A stretch of 58,963 nt of DNA from Chloroflexota bacterium (GTDB lineage: Bacteria > Chloroflexota > Anaerolineae > SSC4 > Amarolineaceae): contig DAISHS010000001.1 of assembly GCA_036822415.1 (NCBI GenBank), positions 1 through 58,963 on the forward strand, given 5' to 3'. The position numbers were made by a program, and so were the translations under genes. Positions 27,837 through 38,450 of this stretch are shown here, in pieces. Under the pieces are notes generated by a model. That model did not search any database, was not told the DNA's origin, and was given only the letters and a program-made list of their open reading frames with translations. Each line of letters begins with the position of its first letter. The stretch's first letter is position 1.

Positions 27837-28835
27837 TTATTTGCCGCTATCCATCTCGCTGAGCACTTGCTCCAACAGCTTGCCATCCACCTGGGATTTG
27901 TCGGCGGTTGCCAGCAGCCAGCGCTCGATCTCGCGACCGGCATCAACCTGACACGTTCTTGTTCCACCCAGATCATAACAGACGGCCCCTTGAAAAACCT
28001 CCACGGTCTCTGGCATGCCGTAGGGCGGCAGGTTGAAGTGCACCAGCAGCCCACGATAACCCAAAAGACCCGGGTACGGCGTTGTTGGCCTCGACGCGAG
28101 ACGCGCTAATCTCGTCAACAGCTCCTTCCTCGCTGCATCAGGCAGAGACCAGATCGGGTTAGGGAGGCCGGAGAAGATGTCCAGCTCGACAAAGGCAGGC
28201 GTGTTTTGCAGCGAAGCGAGCGCCTGCGGCGGCGGGCTAAAGCGCACAGAGGCCGCGATCGGCCGCAGGTGACGCAGGTCGGCCCAGAGCTGCAGGATGC
28301 GGTTGCGCTCGTAAGCGCGGGGATATTGCACCAACAGCAGCGCCTCATCATGGGCCTGCTGTTCGTCGGCCGCAGGTAAAATGAGGCAGGCAGGCTGATT
28401 GTCTACGCGCAGATACTCCAATTGCGGATGACTGCCCCAGGATTGGTTCCCGGCTTTGCCTGTCGCCTCACTGTTTTGCAGCAACGACGCACAAGCCCCC
28501 TCGATCGTCTCTGCCACATCATACGCTGACGTTAATCTCACGAAACCGTCCGCTCCGCGCCACAGGTCGCCGGCGGCAGAATCATCCGCGCGCCAGGCTG
28601 CGGGGTAGCGCAAGGTGACGCTGAATGTTGCGCTGGCGTAGACTGCCCATTCCGGCGTCGGTGTGGCCGCGGGCGATGGAGACGGCGCGGGGCTGACAGG
28701 CGGCGCCTGCGTTGTCAACGTCGCGGGCAAGTCTGGCGCAACCGCCGTGCAGCTAAATGCGCAACAGGCCGCCGCGGTCAACAAAAGCTGGATAGCGACC
28801 AGGCGCGGGAGCCTGACCGACTTGATATGAGACAT
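27837..28835 (-). CDS. Hypothetical lipoprotein
   Basis: Signal ending FSC; Pro/Thr linker; [17 protein letters not shown]-terminal domain; GGAGG RBS. Confidence 0.75.
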   Translation of the reverse strand: MSHIKSVRLPRLVAIQLLLTAAACCAFSCTAVAPDLPATLTTQAPPVSPAPSPSPAATPTPEWAVYASATFSVTLRYPAAWRADDSAAGDLWRGADGFVRLTSAYDVAETIEGACASLLQNSEATGKAGNQSWGSHPQLEYLRVDNQPACLILPAADEQQAHDEALLLVQYPRAYERNRILQLWADLRHLRPIAASVRFSPPPQALASLQNTPAFVELDIFSGLPNPIWSLPDAARKELLTRLARLASRPTTPYPGLLGYRGLLVHFNLPPYGMPETVEVFQGAVCYDLGGTRTCQVDAGREIERWLLATADKSQVDGKLLEQVLSEMDSGK

Positions 28836-29108
28836 AACCCCTCCTGCGCGTCAACGCGTATACGATTCGTGTCAGGGCTTGTTGGGGGCCGGACTCATAG
28901 ATCGCGGCCCATCCTGCTTTCGTCACCATCAACGTACAGCTGCCTGCCGAGGTTCCACGCGCGGAGGCGCTGGTCCGTTCGCTCTTGCCCTGGGCGCGGT
29001 CAATCGCCGAACGCCAGATTTGGACGATCTCGCTTTTTGCCCGATAATAACGGCCTACTCACTGCCCCCAGGCCAACCAATCGTATCGGACCGAAAGGAG
29101 CTTCGAAC

Positions 29109-30743
29109 ATGCTACGAATCAGAACCGCCCTCAGTTTGCTTCTGCTGCTGGTGCTTGTGACGCCGATGGCCTCGGCGCTGCCGCGCACCGGCCCTCAAGA
29201 ACTACAGGGCAAGGTCTCAGTCAAGTTATTGGAGGAGCTGAACGCCAACGGGACAGCCATCTTCTTCGTTGTCATGGCTGAGCAAGCCGATCTCGGCCCT
29301 GCGGCTAATCTGCCGACCAAGCAGGCCAAGGGTGAATTTGTTTACCAGGCCCTCAAGTCAACCGCTGAGCGTACGCAGGCCGATCTCCTGGCCTTTCTGA
29401 CCGCGCGCGGGATTCCTTACAAGTCCTACTTCATCAGCAACATGGTGCTGACGCAGGGCGATGTGGCGCTGGTCAACACGCTGGCGGCGCGCGGCGATGT
29501 GGCGCGCGTCGAAGCCAACACCGCGCACCAAATGACGCTGCCGAAGCCGGAGGCAGGGTCTGGCCAGGTTGGTCCGCAGACCATCGAACCAGGCCTGGTG
29601 CGCATCAAGGCGCCCGATGTCTGGGGACTGGGCTATCATGGCGAAGGCATCGTCGTTGCCAGCGCGGACACCGGTGTGCAGTGGGACCATCCCGCGCTCA
29701 AGAACAAATATCGCGGGTGGGATGGCTCGACCGCCGATCACAATTACAACTGGCACGACGGCACCTGTGCGACGTCGCCCTTCATCCCGCCTGGCAACAA
29801 CTGCCAGTGGCAGAACGTGCCCACCGATACTGACGGCCACGGGACGCATACCACCGGTACGATGGTGGGGGATGACGGCGGCGCGAACCAGGTGGGCGCG
29901 GCCCCCGGCGCGAAGTGGGTCGCCTGTAAGAATATGAACGACCAGGGCTGGGGGACGCGCGCCTGGTACGCCGATTGCTTCCAGTGGTTCATTGCCCCGA
30001 CCAACCTGGCCGGGACCAATCCCAATCCGGCCATGTCGCCTGATGTCATCAACAATTCCTGGGGCTGCCCCAACACGGCCGGCGGCGAAAACTGCGACGA
30101 TCCCGCCAACGATCTGGTCAACGAAGTGAACGCCACGCGCGCGGCCGGCATCATGGTGGTCGCCTCGGCCGGCAACAGCGGCTCGGCCTGCAGTACCGTC
30201 AACACGCCAATTGCGATCTATGACTCGGTGTACACCGTGGGCGCCTTCTCGGCCTCCACCGGCAACATTGCCAGCTTCAGCAGCCGTGGCCCCTCCGCGT
30301 TCACCAACCTGCTCAAGCCGGACATTTCTGCGCCCGGCGTCAGTGTGCGCTCGGCCTACGCGGGCAACGGCTATTCCTCGCTCAGCGGCACCAGCATGGC
30401 AAGTCCCCACGTCGCCGGCGCGGTGGCGCTCCTGTGGTCAGCGCGTCCGTTCTTGATCGGCAACATTGACGCCACCGAAGTCCTTTTCAACACGACGGCG
30501 ACGCCCCGCACGTCAACGCAGGATTGCGGCGGCGTGCCTGGCGCCAACGTCCCGAACAATACCTTTGGTTACGGCGAGATCAATGTCTACGCCGCGGTGC
30601 AGGCAGCCGTGCCCACCGCCCTGACGTTGAGTGGTCTGGCGGCGGGCGCCGTCAACAACAGCCTGCCGCTGCTGGCGGCGGCCCTCATGGGCCTGGCGGC
30701 TGCGATTATTCTTGCGCGACGGCTGCGCCGCCCGGCGGCTTAG
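29109..30743 (+). CDS. Secreted S8 subtilase (bacillopeptidase F-like) with PTA-type C-terminal anchor
   Basis: [23 protein letters not shown] triad motifs; C-terminal VPTALTL + TM helix + RRLRR. Confidence 0.93.
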   Translation: MLRIRTALSLLLLLVLVTPMASALPRTGPQELQGKVSVKLLEELNANGTAIFFVVMAEQADLGPAANLPTKQAKGEFVYQALKSTAERTQADLLAFLTARGIPYKSYFISNMVLTQGDVALVNTLAARGDVARVEANTAHQMTLPKPEAGSGQVGPQTIEPGLVRIKAPDVWGLGYHGEGIVVASADTGVQWDHPALKNKYRGWDGSTADHNYNWHDGTCATSPFIPPGNNCQWQNVPTDTDGHGTHTTGTMVGDDGGANQVGAAPGAKWVACKNMNDQGWGTRAWYADCFQWFIAPTNLAGTNPNPAMSPDVINNSWGCPNTAGGENCDDPANDLVNEVNATRAAGIMVVASAGNSGSACSTVNTPIAIYDSVYTVGAFSASTGNIASFSSRGPSAFTNLLKPDISAPGVSVRSAYAGNGYSSLSGTSMASPHVAGAVALLWSARPFLIGNIDATEVLFNTTATPRTSTQDCGGVPGANVPNNTFGYGEINVYAAVQAAVPTALTLSGLAAGAVNNSLPLLAAALMGLAAAIILARRLRRPAA

Positions 30744-30797
30744 GCCATCACGAATCCGCCTTTCCCCCTGGCGGATGACCCGTGGCCCGGATGGATG

Positions 30798-30841
30798 AAA
30801 ATACGAATCACGACGCCCCAGCAGCGTGATTCGTATTTTTT
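30798..30841. terminator. Bidirectional terminator
   Basis: AAAATACGAATCACG / CGTGATTCGTATTTT between convergent genes. Confidence 0.75.
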
Positions 30842-30911
30842 GTACCCTTCAGCGTTGGTCAACGGTCGCACGGCGGAGTCAACGCCTCGGCGGCCCCTGG
30901 CGATGTGGAGT

Positions 30912-31292
30912 TCAATCGTCAGCGTTGACGTCAGCCCCGATGATGCGGAAGCGCCGCGGCAGCGGCAGCAGGGACGGCGTCTCCACGGCGTCATATTGAT
31001 TCGGCATCTGCCAGCCTGAGCCGTTGCTGAGATGCGGCGTCTGCGCCATCGGGTTGACGATGATCATTGGCTGCGCCGCCGGCGGCGGGCGTGATTCGAG
31101 CGGCGGCGGCGACGCGGGCTGCGCTCGCCGCATGAGCGAAGCAATCAACAGGCTGGTGGGGATGCTGGCGGCGACGCCGACGACGACGCCGATCACCACC
31201 GACATAGATTCGGTGCTCATGCGCTGCCCGATCACAAAAGCCAGGACCCCGGCAAAAACCAGCAGGGTCAACGGAATGAGTTTGTTCATCAT
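30912..31292 (-). CDS. Small membrane protein (2 TM, Pro/Gln-rich linker, RRFRIIG tail)
   Basis: Two hydrophobic helices; GGGAGG RBS; downstream of the FtsK-like gene. Confidence 0.75.
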   Translation of the reverse strand: MMNKLIPLTLLVFAGVLAFVIGQRMSTESMSVVIGVVVGVAASIPTSLLIASLMRRAQPASPPPLESRPPPAAQPMIIVNPMAQTPHLSNGSGWQMPNQYDAVETPSLLPLPRRFRIIGADVNADD

Positions 31293-31395
31293 GGCCTCCC
31301 GCAGTCATCTATGCTGCAAGCGAAAACAGGCTTCGTTTTTCGCCTGGGAAACAGGCGTCCGTTTGCCGTATTCATCCACGCGTGACGGTGCACGC

Positions 31396-32475
31396 TCACA
31401 GGGCGATCAGCTGCCTGGCTTCGGTCGGGCTCCAGCGGCGCGAGCGCCGTCCGCCCTCGCGCAGCGCGCCGACCAGCCGGCTCAGGGTGCTTTCGCCAAT
31501 CCACGCGGCCTGAAAGCGCACCGTCTGGCCCTTGGTCACGAGCAAGAAATCGCCGGCGCCGGTCAATTTTTCGGCGCCGGAGCCGGCCAGGCCGGTGGCG
31601 ATCTTGGCCTCCTCCGGGCTGGTGACGCTGCCCACCAGGCGCACGGGAAAATTGGCCTTGAGCAGGGGGCCGACGGCGCTGCTGGTCGGTTTTTGCGTGC
31701 AGCACACCAGATGGATGCCGGCCTCGCGCCCACGCTGCGCCAGGCGTGTGAGCAGCTGCTCCACCCCTTTGCCGCCGGCCTGCACCAGGTCGGCCAGCTC
31801 ATCCACGGCCACGATCAGCCGGGGTGAATCCACCGGGCGCCGCAGCTGACGGGCCAGGCTGTCGCGGCGCTCCATCTCGGCCACCAGGTCGGTCAGCACG
31901 CTGACGACCTCTTTTTTGTCGGCCACCAGCGGTCGCAGCAGGTGCGGCAGACCGTCCAGCGGGCCAAAGCCGCGGCCTTTGGGATCAATCAACACCATTT
32001 GCAGCGCGCCCTGGCGATTGTGCATCGCCAGCGAGGAGAGGAGCGCACGCGCCAGCGCGGTCTTGCCGCTGCCGGTGGTGCCCACGATCAGAACATGCGT
32101 GACGTCGGGCGACGACAGGCGCAGGAGAAGGGGAGTCTGCTCTTCATCCATGCCCAGGACGCCGGTGATGGGAGGAATGTTGGTGAGGCGCGCGCACAGC
32201 GGCACCAGTTCGATGCGTGGGGCTGTGGTTTCACGCGCGACTTCGATGCTGATCTTGTCGCCGTCACGGAAAATGCGCGTGGAGCGGGCGCCGAGGGCCA
32301 GGGCAATTTCTTCGGCCAGCGCGCCGACGCGGTTGACCCGCGTTCCCAGGGGAGTCACCAAATCGAAGCGGACGAAGCGGGCCGTGACCGTCCCGCCGGC
32401 CACGCGCCCGCCCACCTTGTGGCTGGCGAGCACGGCTTCGATGCGATCGGCCTGCATGTCGAGTTTGCGCTGCAT
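31396..32475 (-). CDS. FtsK/SpoIIIE-type ATPase (alpha + beta motor only; no TM anchor, no gamma domain)
   Basis: GTTGSGKT, LIDPKG, VAVDELAD, QRGREAGIHLV, TQKP, AEKLTGAGDFL; GGAGGAGG RBS. Confidence 0.9.
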   Translation of the reverse strand: MQRKLDMQADRIEAVLASHKVGGRVAGGTVTARFVRFDLVTPLGTRVNRVGALAEEIALALGARSTRIFRDGDKISIEVARETTAPRIELVPLCARLTNIPPITGVLGMDEEQTPLLLRLSSPDVTHVLIVGTTGSGKTALARALLSSLAMHNRQGALQMVLIDPKGRGFGPLDGLPHLLRPLVADKKEVVSVLTDLVAEMERRDSLARQLRRPVDSPRLIVAVDELADLVQAGGKGVEQLLTRLAQRGREAGIHLVCCTQKPTSSAVGPLLKANFPVRLVGSVTSPEEAKIATGLAGSGAEKLTGAGDFLLVTKGQTVRFQAAWIGESTLSRLVGALREGGRRSRRWSPTEARQLIAL

Positions 32476-32645
32476 AGGATCCTCCTCCGGCGATTCGGAG
32501 ATCGCCCGTTTCCTGCCAGAAACGAGCGTTGACGGAGATGGGCCGTCACGCCGGAAGGTGCGCGGCCCTACCCAGAAACCTGGTGAAACGGTAGGGCCGG
32601 CAATATGATCCCCTCTGATGTGCGCAAATCCACTGATTGCCCTAA

Positions 32646-32690
32646 TAGAACAGATGTTCTAAGTATAGCAGAACAAATGTTTCGTGTCAA
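32646..32690 (-). promoter_or_regulatory. Sigma70 promoter overlapped by two LexA-type (GAAC-N4-GTTC) boxes
   Basis: Minus strand TTGACA (32685-32690)-17 nt-TATACT (32662-32667); TAGAAC-AGAT-GTTCTA at 32646-32661; GAAC-AAAT-GTTT at 32671-32682. Confidence 0.85.
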
Positions 32691-32823
32691 GACTTGAGGA
32701 TGGGTGATTGGCTGAATCGCCTATTCTCAGGTAAAATTCAGCCGCCTGGATGTTCGAGGCAGCATCCCCATTTTGTTTGCACGTCGTTGACCCGGCCGCG
32801 CCGGATGCACAACGGTGCAAAGA

Positions 32824-34205
32824 TGAAAGGCGTTGGCATTGTGGTGGAAGAGGTCAATGTTGCATCCCGACCATCGTTGCTTCATGTACTACGCAACCGT
32901 GGCTTTTCACGCCTGTGGGCGGCGCAGGCTATCTCCCTGACCGCGCAGGCCATGGTCAATTTTGCCGTCATTGTTCTGACCGAACGTGTTACCCAACGAT
33001 CGTTGTTTACCAGCCTGGCCATTCTTTCGTTTGTGATCCCGCCGGTGCTGGTTGGCGCGTTTGCCGGCGTGATCGTGGATCGCTCCAACAAGCCGCGCAT
33101 GTTGTGGATTACCAATTTCCTGCGCATGCTGCTGATGGTTGGCTATTTTCTGTTCGACCGCGATTGGTCGCCGGCCATTCTGCTCACGGGCATCTTTCTG
33201 ATTACGGCGTTGTTTGCGGCAGTATCGCAGTTCTTTGGCCCGGCCGAAGCCGCCACCATCCCACTGTTGGTGCCGCGTCCGCAGCTCCTGGCCGCGAACG
33301 CCCTCTTTGCCACCACCTACAACGCGTCGCTGGTCGGCGGAATGGCGATTCTTGGCCCGGTGCTGGTCGCGGTCATCGGGTTGCGGCGCTTATGGCTGTT
33401 TGTCGCCGTTTTGTATGGGCTTTGCACCATCCTGGTGGCGCGCTTACCCTCTGGCGACCGCAGCCAGGAGCGGCCGCTGCTGACTGTCTTGCGCGATTCG
33501 ACCGATGGCCTGGGCGCAACCCTGCGCCGTGAGCTGTGGGCGCCAGTGCGTGAGAGCTGGTCGTTCATGGCAAACCATCCCCCGGTGCGCGCCGCGACGA
33601 TCAATCTGTCCGTAGCCTCGACGATCTTGCTGGTGGTTGCCACGCTCGGCCCTGGCTTTGTTAGCCGGGTTTTGGGGCGTAATCCAGAGGATGTGAGCTT
33701 TTTGCTGCTGCCGGCCAGCCTGGGCATGCTCCTGGGCATCGTGCTGGTGGGCCGCGTGGTGCGGCGCACCGGCGCCTCGCGCCTGATCAGCCTGAGCATG
33801 CTGAGCGGCGCGTTCTTCCTGGCCGGTATGGCGCTGGCGCCGCTGTGGGGCGCCAGCCTGGGTCATCTTCTGTGGGGCGCGCAGGCGCCGGCCAACCTGG
33901 TGGGCGACGCGATCCTGGGCGGCGCCGTAGTCATGGCGATGGGGCTGGGCGTGGTCAATTCCTTCATCACGGTGCCCGCCTACACGCAGCTGCAGGAAGA
34001 GACGGAAGAGAACATGCGCGGCCGCGTCTTTGCTTCCCTGTTCATGATTACCGGCACCCTCTCCATGCTGCCGGTGCTCTTTGCCGGCGCGCTGGCCGAT
34101 TGGCTCGGGCTGATTACCGTCATGATCCTGGTGGCGCTGGTGATGGGGCTTGCCGGACTCTCCACCATGAAGCGTCTGCCGCCCACGCTGCCCGCGCACG
34201 TCTAG
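32824..34205 (+). CDS. MFS transporter (start uncertain)
   Basis: About 12 TM helices; NRGFSRLWAAQAIS, AGVIVDR, MRGRVF. Confidence 0.9.
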
Positions 34206-34250
34206 GTTGACGCCGCGGGGTCATGCAGCATAAACTCGAGGGGGTCAGGT

Positions 34251-34790
34251 ATGTTGTACGGAGAAAGAGTTCGCCTGCGGGCCATCGAGCGCGCCGATCT
34301 GCCGACGTTCGTGCGTTGGTTCAATGATCCAGACGTGCGCCAGTATCTCTTGATGTTCGAACCGATGTCCCTGGCCATGGAAGAGCGTTGGTTCGACAAT
34401 CGGCTGAACCGAGAGGATGATTATCTCTTTGGCATCGAAGCGCAGGTGGATGAGGCCTGGATACACATCGGCAACACCGGCCTGCACCGCGTCGACTGGA
34501 AGAATCGGCTCACCACCTTTGGCATCGCCCTGGGAGAAAAGGCTTACTGGGGTCGGGGTTACGGGACTGCCGCAACCCGCACGATCTTGCAGTTTGCGTT
34601 TGGCGAGCTGAACCTGCACCGCGTCGAGCTCGATGTCTATGATTTCAATCCCCGCGGCATTCGCTGCTACGAAAAGGCCGGCTTCAGGCATGAAGGCGTC
34701 AGGCGCGAGGCCATCTTCCGCAACGGCCAATACCACGATGTGCTGACGATGTCGGTCCTGCAGCACGAATTCACCCTAGCCGGCGCCTGA
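34251..34790 (+). CDS. GNAT N-acetyltransferase (RimJ/RimL/SpeG-like)
   Basis: YWGRGYGT, LNLHRVEL, YEKAGFRHEG. Confidence 0.92.
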   Translation: MLYGERVRLRAIERADLPTFVRWFNDPDVRQYLLMFEPMSLAMEERWFDNRLNREDDYLFGIEAQVDEAWIHIGNTGLHRVDWKNRLTTFGIALGEKAYWGRGYGTAATRTILQFAFGELNLHRVELDVYDFNPRGIRCYEKAGFRHEGVRREAIFRNGQYHDVLTMSVLQHEFTLAGA

Positions 34791-36383
34791 TTCCCCACGG
34801 ACTGGCTGCAACGCCCGCCGCAGAACCTTGCCATTGGGCGTACGCGGCAGATCGCGCACAAAATAGATGAGGCGCGGACATTTGTAGCGCGCGAGGTGGG
34901 CCGCGGCAAAGGCCATCAGCTCGGCGGCGCTGACTGACTGGTCTGGCGCCAGGACGATGTGCGCCGCAATGACCGTCTTGTCGGGGCCGACCTCCTCGCC
35001 CACCACCGCGCAGTCGGCCACGGCGGGGTGATCCTTCAGCACGCGCTCCACCTCGAACGGCGATACCCGGTAGCCAAAGCTCTTGATGATGTCGTCCTTG
35101 CGCCCCAAAAACCAGAAATAGCCTTCGGCGTCCTGCCGCGCATAGTCCCCGGTCAGAAACCAGCCGCCGCGGCGCACACGCGCGGTCTCCTCAGGCTGGT
35201 TCCAGTAGCGCAGGAAGAGGCCGGGATCATCTTCCGCAATGCAGATCATGCCCTCCTCCCCTACCGCCACCTCCCGCAGGTCTGCGTCCAGCAGCTTGAC
35301 GACGTGCCCCGGCTGCGGAAAGCCCACCGCGCCCGGTCGAATCGGGTGCGCGCGGCCCTGCGAGAGGTAGTAGGAGCACTCCGACATGCCGATCGCCTCG
35401 TAGATGTCAAGGCCAAAGCGCCGACGCCAGCCGTTCAGAACATCATCGGAGAGATGTTCGCCCGCGCACATGCAGTGGCGCAGCGTTGGTACGTCGGCGG
35501 CGGTGCAGGCCGTCCTGGCCAGAATTTGACGATAGACGGTCGGCACGCCGATGAAAATCGTCGCGCGCTGCGTCGCAATCAGGCGCGGCCAGCGCGCGGC
35601 GTCGGCTTTGCCGGCAGACACAATCACCGTATGTCCCAGATAGAGCGGGTCCATCAGGGCCGTGCCGAGCACATAGGTCCAGTTGAATGTACCTGAGTGC
35701 AAAATGCGCTCCTGGCCCTGAAAATCGAACCAGGCCTGCCAGGCCGGCGCATGCCCCAGCAGGGCGCGCTGGGCGTGCAGTACGCCTTTGGGATAACCGC
35801 TGGTGCCGGAGGTATAGACCAGGTAGGCGGGGTCATCGGGCCGTGTGCGCGGCGCCGGCCGCGCATCAGCCTGATTGGCCTGGAGCTCGGCCAGGGCGTG
35901 AACCTGGACGCGGCGGTTATCATTGGCCGCGGCCACGGCTGCCGCGCCGGCGCCGGTCAGCAGAACATGGCGCAGACTGGGAATCGGCGGCCACGACGCG
36001 GCCAGGTCTGCCCAGGACGCGGCGTCGGTCACCAGCGCGCTGGCGCCGGCATCCGCCGCCAGATAGGCCAGCTCGTCGCCCGTCAGCTGCGGCGAGATCG
36101 GAACGGCGATGGCGCTCGCCTTGAGCGCGCCCAGAAACGCCGTCGGATAGTCCAGGCTGTTGGGCAAACGGATCATGATCCGCGCGCCGGCAGCGATGTC
36201 GAGCGCGGCCAGGGTCTGCGCAAAGCGGCTGCTGCTGGCGGCCAGCTCGGCATAGGTCGCCCGCTGCACGTCGCCGCGCTCATCCACGACGATCATGGCG
36301 GTCTGGTTGGCCCGCGGCGTGTGCAGATGCGCGTCGGTGCAGGCCACGCCGATGTTGAAGGCGGCAGGACTCAGGGCCGGCAT
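34776..36383 (-). CDS. Acyl-CoA synthetase (AMP-binding family)
   Basis: YTSGTSGYPKG, TGD, GRKDDIIK, PRTPNGK. Confidence 0.92.
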   Translation of the reverse strand: MPALSPAAFNIGVACTDAHLHTPRANQTAMIVVDERGDVQRATYAELAASSSRFAQTLAALDIAAGARIMIRLPNSLDYPTAFLGALKASAIAVPISPQLTGDELAYLAADAGASALVTDAASWADLAASWPPIPSLRHVLLTGAGAAAVAAANDNRRVQVHALAELQANQADARPAPRTRPDDPAYLVYTSGTSGYPKGVLHAQRALLGHAPAWQAWFDFQGQERILHSGTFNWTYVLGTALMDPLYLGHTVIVSAGKADAARWPRLIATQRATIFIGVPTVYRQILARTACTAADVPTLRHCMCAGEHLSDDVLNGWRRRFGLDIYEAIGMSECSYYLSQGRAHPIRPGAVGFPQPGHVVKLLDADLREVAVGEEGMICIAEDDPGLFLRYWNQPEETARVRRGGWFLTGDYARQDAEGYFWFLGRKDDIIKSFGYRVSPFEVERVLKDHPAVADCAVVGEEVGPDKTVIAAHIVLAPDQSVSAAELMAFAAAHLARYKCPRLIYFVRDLPRTPNGKVLRRALQPVRGESGAG

Positions 36384-36389
36384 CGCGCG

Positions 36390-36878
36390 TCAGGCCGCCT
36401 TGTAGCCAATGGCGCGCAAGAATTCTTTGCGCCAGGCGATGTCTTCCGCGCCCTCCAGGCCCTGCGGCGCGGAGCCATCAATCACGCCGAGAATGCCGCG
36501 GCCGAGGGCCGTCTGCGCCACGATCACCTCAACCGGGTTTGCGGTGGCGCAGAAGATGCGGCACACCTCAGGCACCAGCTTGATGGCGTTGAGTACGTTG
36601 AGCGGGTAAAAGCCCTGGCCCAGAAACAGGATAAAGGTGTGCCCGGCGCCCAGCGCCAGCGCCTGCTGCTGCGCCAGCTCGATCATCTCCGGGTTGGTGC
36701 CGCTCCAACGCACCAGGCATTTGCCCGATGCTTCGCAGAAGGCCAGGCCAAACTGAATTCCTGGCACGGCGTTGATCAATGCTTCGTGAATGTCCTCGAC
36801 GGTCTTGATGAAATGCGCTTGACCGAGAATGAAATTGATGACCTCAGGTTTCTCGATCTTCACCGTGATCAGTTCCAT
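36390..36878 (-). CDS. Adenosine-specific kinase family (DUF355)
   Basis: GQAHFIKTVEDIHE, FCEASG, IFCATANPVEV, GRGILGVIDG. Confidence 0.88.
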   Translation of the reverse strand: MELITVKIEKPEVINFILGQAHFIKTVEDIHEALINAVPGIQFGLAFCEASGKCLVRWSGTNPEMIELAQQQALALGAGHTFILFLGQGFYPLNVLNAIKLVPEVCRIFCATANPVEVIVAQTALGRGILGVIDGSAPQGLEGAEDIAWRKEFLRAIGYKAA

Positions 36879-37042
36879 AGTTCATCCATCCTTACTTGAT
36901 TGATGCTTTGTTCGTGGTTGGCGTAAAGACTCGATCAGTCCTATTATACACAGGTCAGCAAAAACAGAGGAAGCCAGCGGCGGCTGAAGATTTTTCAGCC
37001 GCGAACTGCGTATAGGCTGACAGAAAAGGTGTGGCGTTCGTG

Positions 37043-37122
37043 CTATAGATGTTCAGATCATGTTTCGTGGTAGGGGCGATCCCTTGCGGTCGCCCAGGGC
37101 AGGCGCAAGGCGCTGCCCCTAC
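37043..37122. repeat. 80-bp GTAG-REP/REPIN-like element, copy 2
   Basis: Near-identical to 17055-17134. Confidence 0.85.
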
Positions 37123-37215
37123 TTGCACAAATGCTGGCGATTAGCACTAGCCCGATGACCGGGCAGGCCCGAAAAACAGGCTTGCCTGCTGGTTCGATAA
37201 CCATGAGGAGTAGAG

Positions 37216-38325
37216 ATGGTTGATTTAAGTATCCTGAGCAATAAGCTTGCCTGGCTGGCGGTGATACCAGTCCTGGGCATTCTCGTTTTTTGGCACGAGC
37301 TGGGCCACTTTTTGGCCGCGCTGTGGATGAAGGTGAAGGTTGAGGAGTTTGGCTTTGGCTATCCGCCGCGCATGGCAACCCTTTTCGAGCGCAAAGGCAT
37401 CAAGTTTACGCTGAACTGGCTGCCGCTCGGCGGCTTCGTGCGCATGGCGGGCGAGGAAAGCGGGTTCGACGCCGAAGGCAGTCTGCCCTCGAAGAGGCCC
37501 TACCAGCGCGCGATTGTCCTGCTGGCCGGGCCGCTGATGAATCTGATCCTGGCGCCCATCCTGTACGCCATCGTTTTCAGCGCCGGCGTTGCCTATCCCC
37601 TCGGTAAAGTTGAAATCAGCGCCATTGCGCCCGGATCGCCCGCGGCGCTGGCCGGCCTGCAAACCGGCGATCAATTCGTGCTGGTGGGCGATAAGCGGCC
37701 TACCACGACAGACGACGTGCGTGAGACGATCTTGCAGTACCGCGGGCGCGCCATGCCAATCACCGTTATGCGCGGCGAGCAAACGCTCAGCCTTTCTATC
37801 ACCCCACGAACCCCGGCCGCCACACCGGCCGGCGAAGGCGCGGCCGGCATCGGGATTCAACGCGCCCTGGTCACGGCCAGCAGCTTTGGTCAGGCGTTGA
37901 CCATGGGCGTGCAACGCACCGGCGAGGTCGTCATCCTGATGACCACCGGCCTGGGACAATTGGTCCGTAACGTGATCGCTCCCGCTCCCGATGCCGCCCC
38001 CATGGGCGGCGTTGCTGGCCCCGTGGGCATCGCCCGCATCACCGGCGAGCTGGCGCGCCAGGGCCTCTTACCGTTGATCGAGCTGACCGCTTTTCTGAGC
38101 CTCAACTTCTTTATCATCAACCTGCTGCCGCTGCCCGCGCTGGACGGAGGGCGCCTGGTGTTTGTGATCCTGGAAGCCATTCGCCGCGGCAAGCGCATCC
38201 CGCCTGAGCGCGAGGCCATCGTCCATCTGATCGGCATGGCGGGGTTGTTGGCCCTAATGTTGGTCATCTCTTACTTCGACCTGGCGGCCTGGTGGAGCGG
38301 CGCTCCCCTCTTCCCGGCCCAGTAA
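37216..38325 (+). CDS. rseP: RseP-like M50 intramembrane metalloprotease with PDZ domain
   Basis: HELGH, PLGGFVRM, AGPLMN, NLLPLPALDGG. Confidence 0.88.
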   Translation: MVDLSILSNKLAWLAVIPVLGILVFWHELGHFLAALWMKVKVEEFGFGYPPRMATLFERKGIKFTLNWLPLGGFVRMAGEESGFDAEGSLPSKRPYQRAIVLLAGPLMNLILAPILYAIVFSAGVAYPLGKVEISAIAPGSPAALAGLQTGDQFVLVGDKRPTTTDDVRETILQYRGRAMPITVMRGEQTLSLSITPRTPAATPAGEGAAGIGIQRALVTASSFGQALTMGVQRTGEVVILMTTGLGQLVRNVIAPAPDAAPMGGVAGPVGIARITGELARQGLLPLIELTAFLSLNFFIINLLPLPALDGGRLVFVILEAIRRGKRIPPEREAIVHLIGMAGLLALMLVISYFDLAAWWSGAPLFPAQ

Positions 38326-38450
38326 CGCGCTTCTCGGCTGCGCACGTCCCTGACCGGGCAGGCTGATTGGCCCCTCTCTTGCCCAGCGCAAGACGCAAGG
38401 CAAAGTTTGGCGTACAAACCGACGGTGTTATAATCACCGTCGGTTTTCTT

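Noticed and set aside
31396..32475. FtsK gene as part of an intact ICE, prophage or type VII secretion locus
   Set aside because: No integrase, relaxase, Rep, WXG100 or phage genes nearby and only one ATPase domain; ancestry from such an element is not excluded
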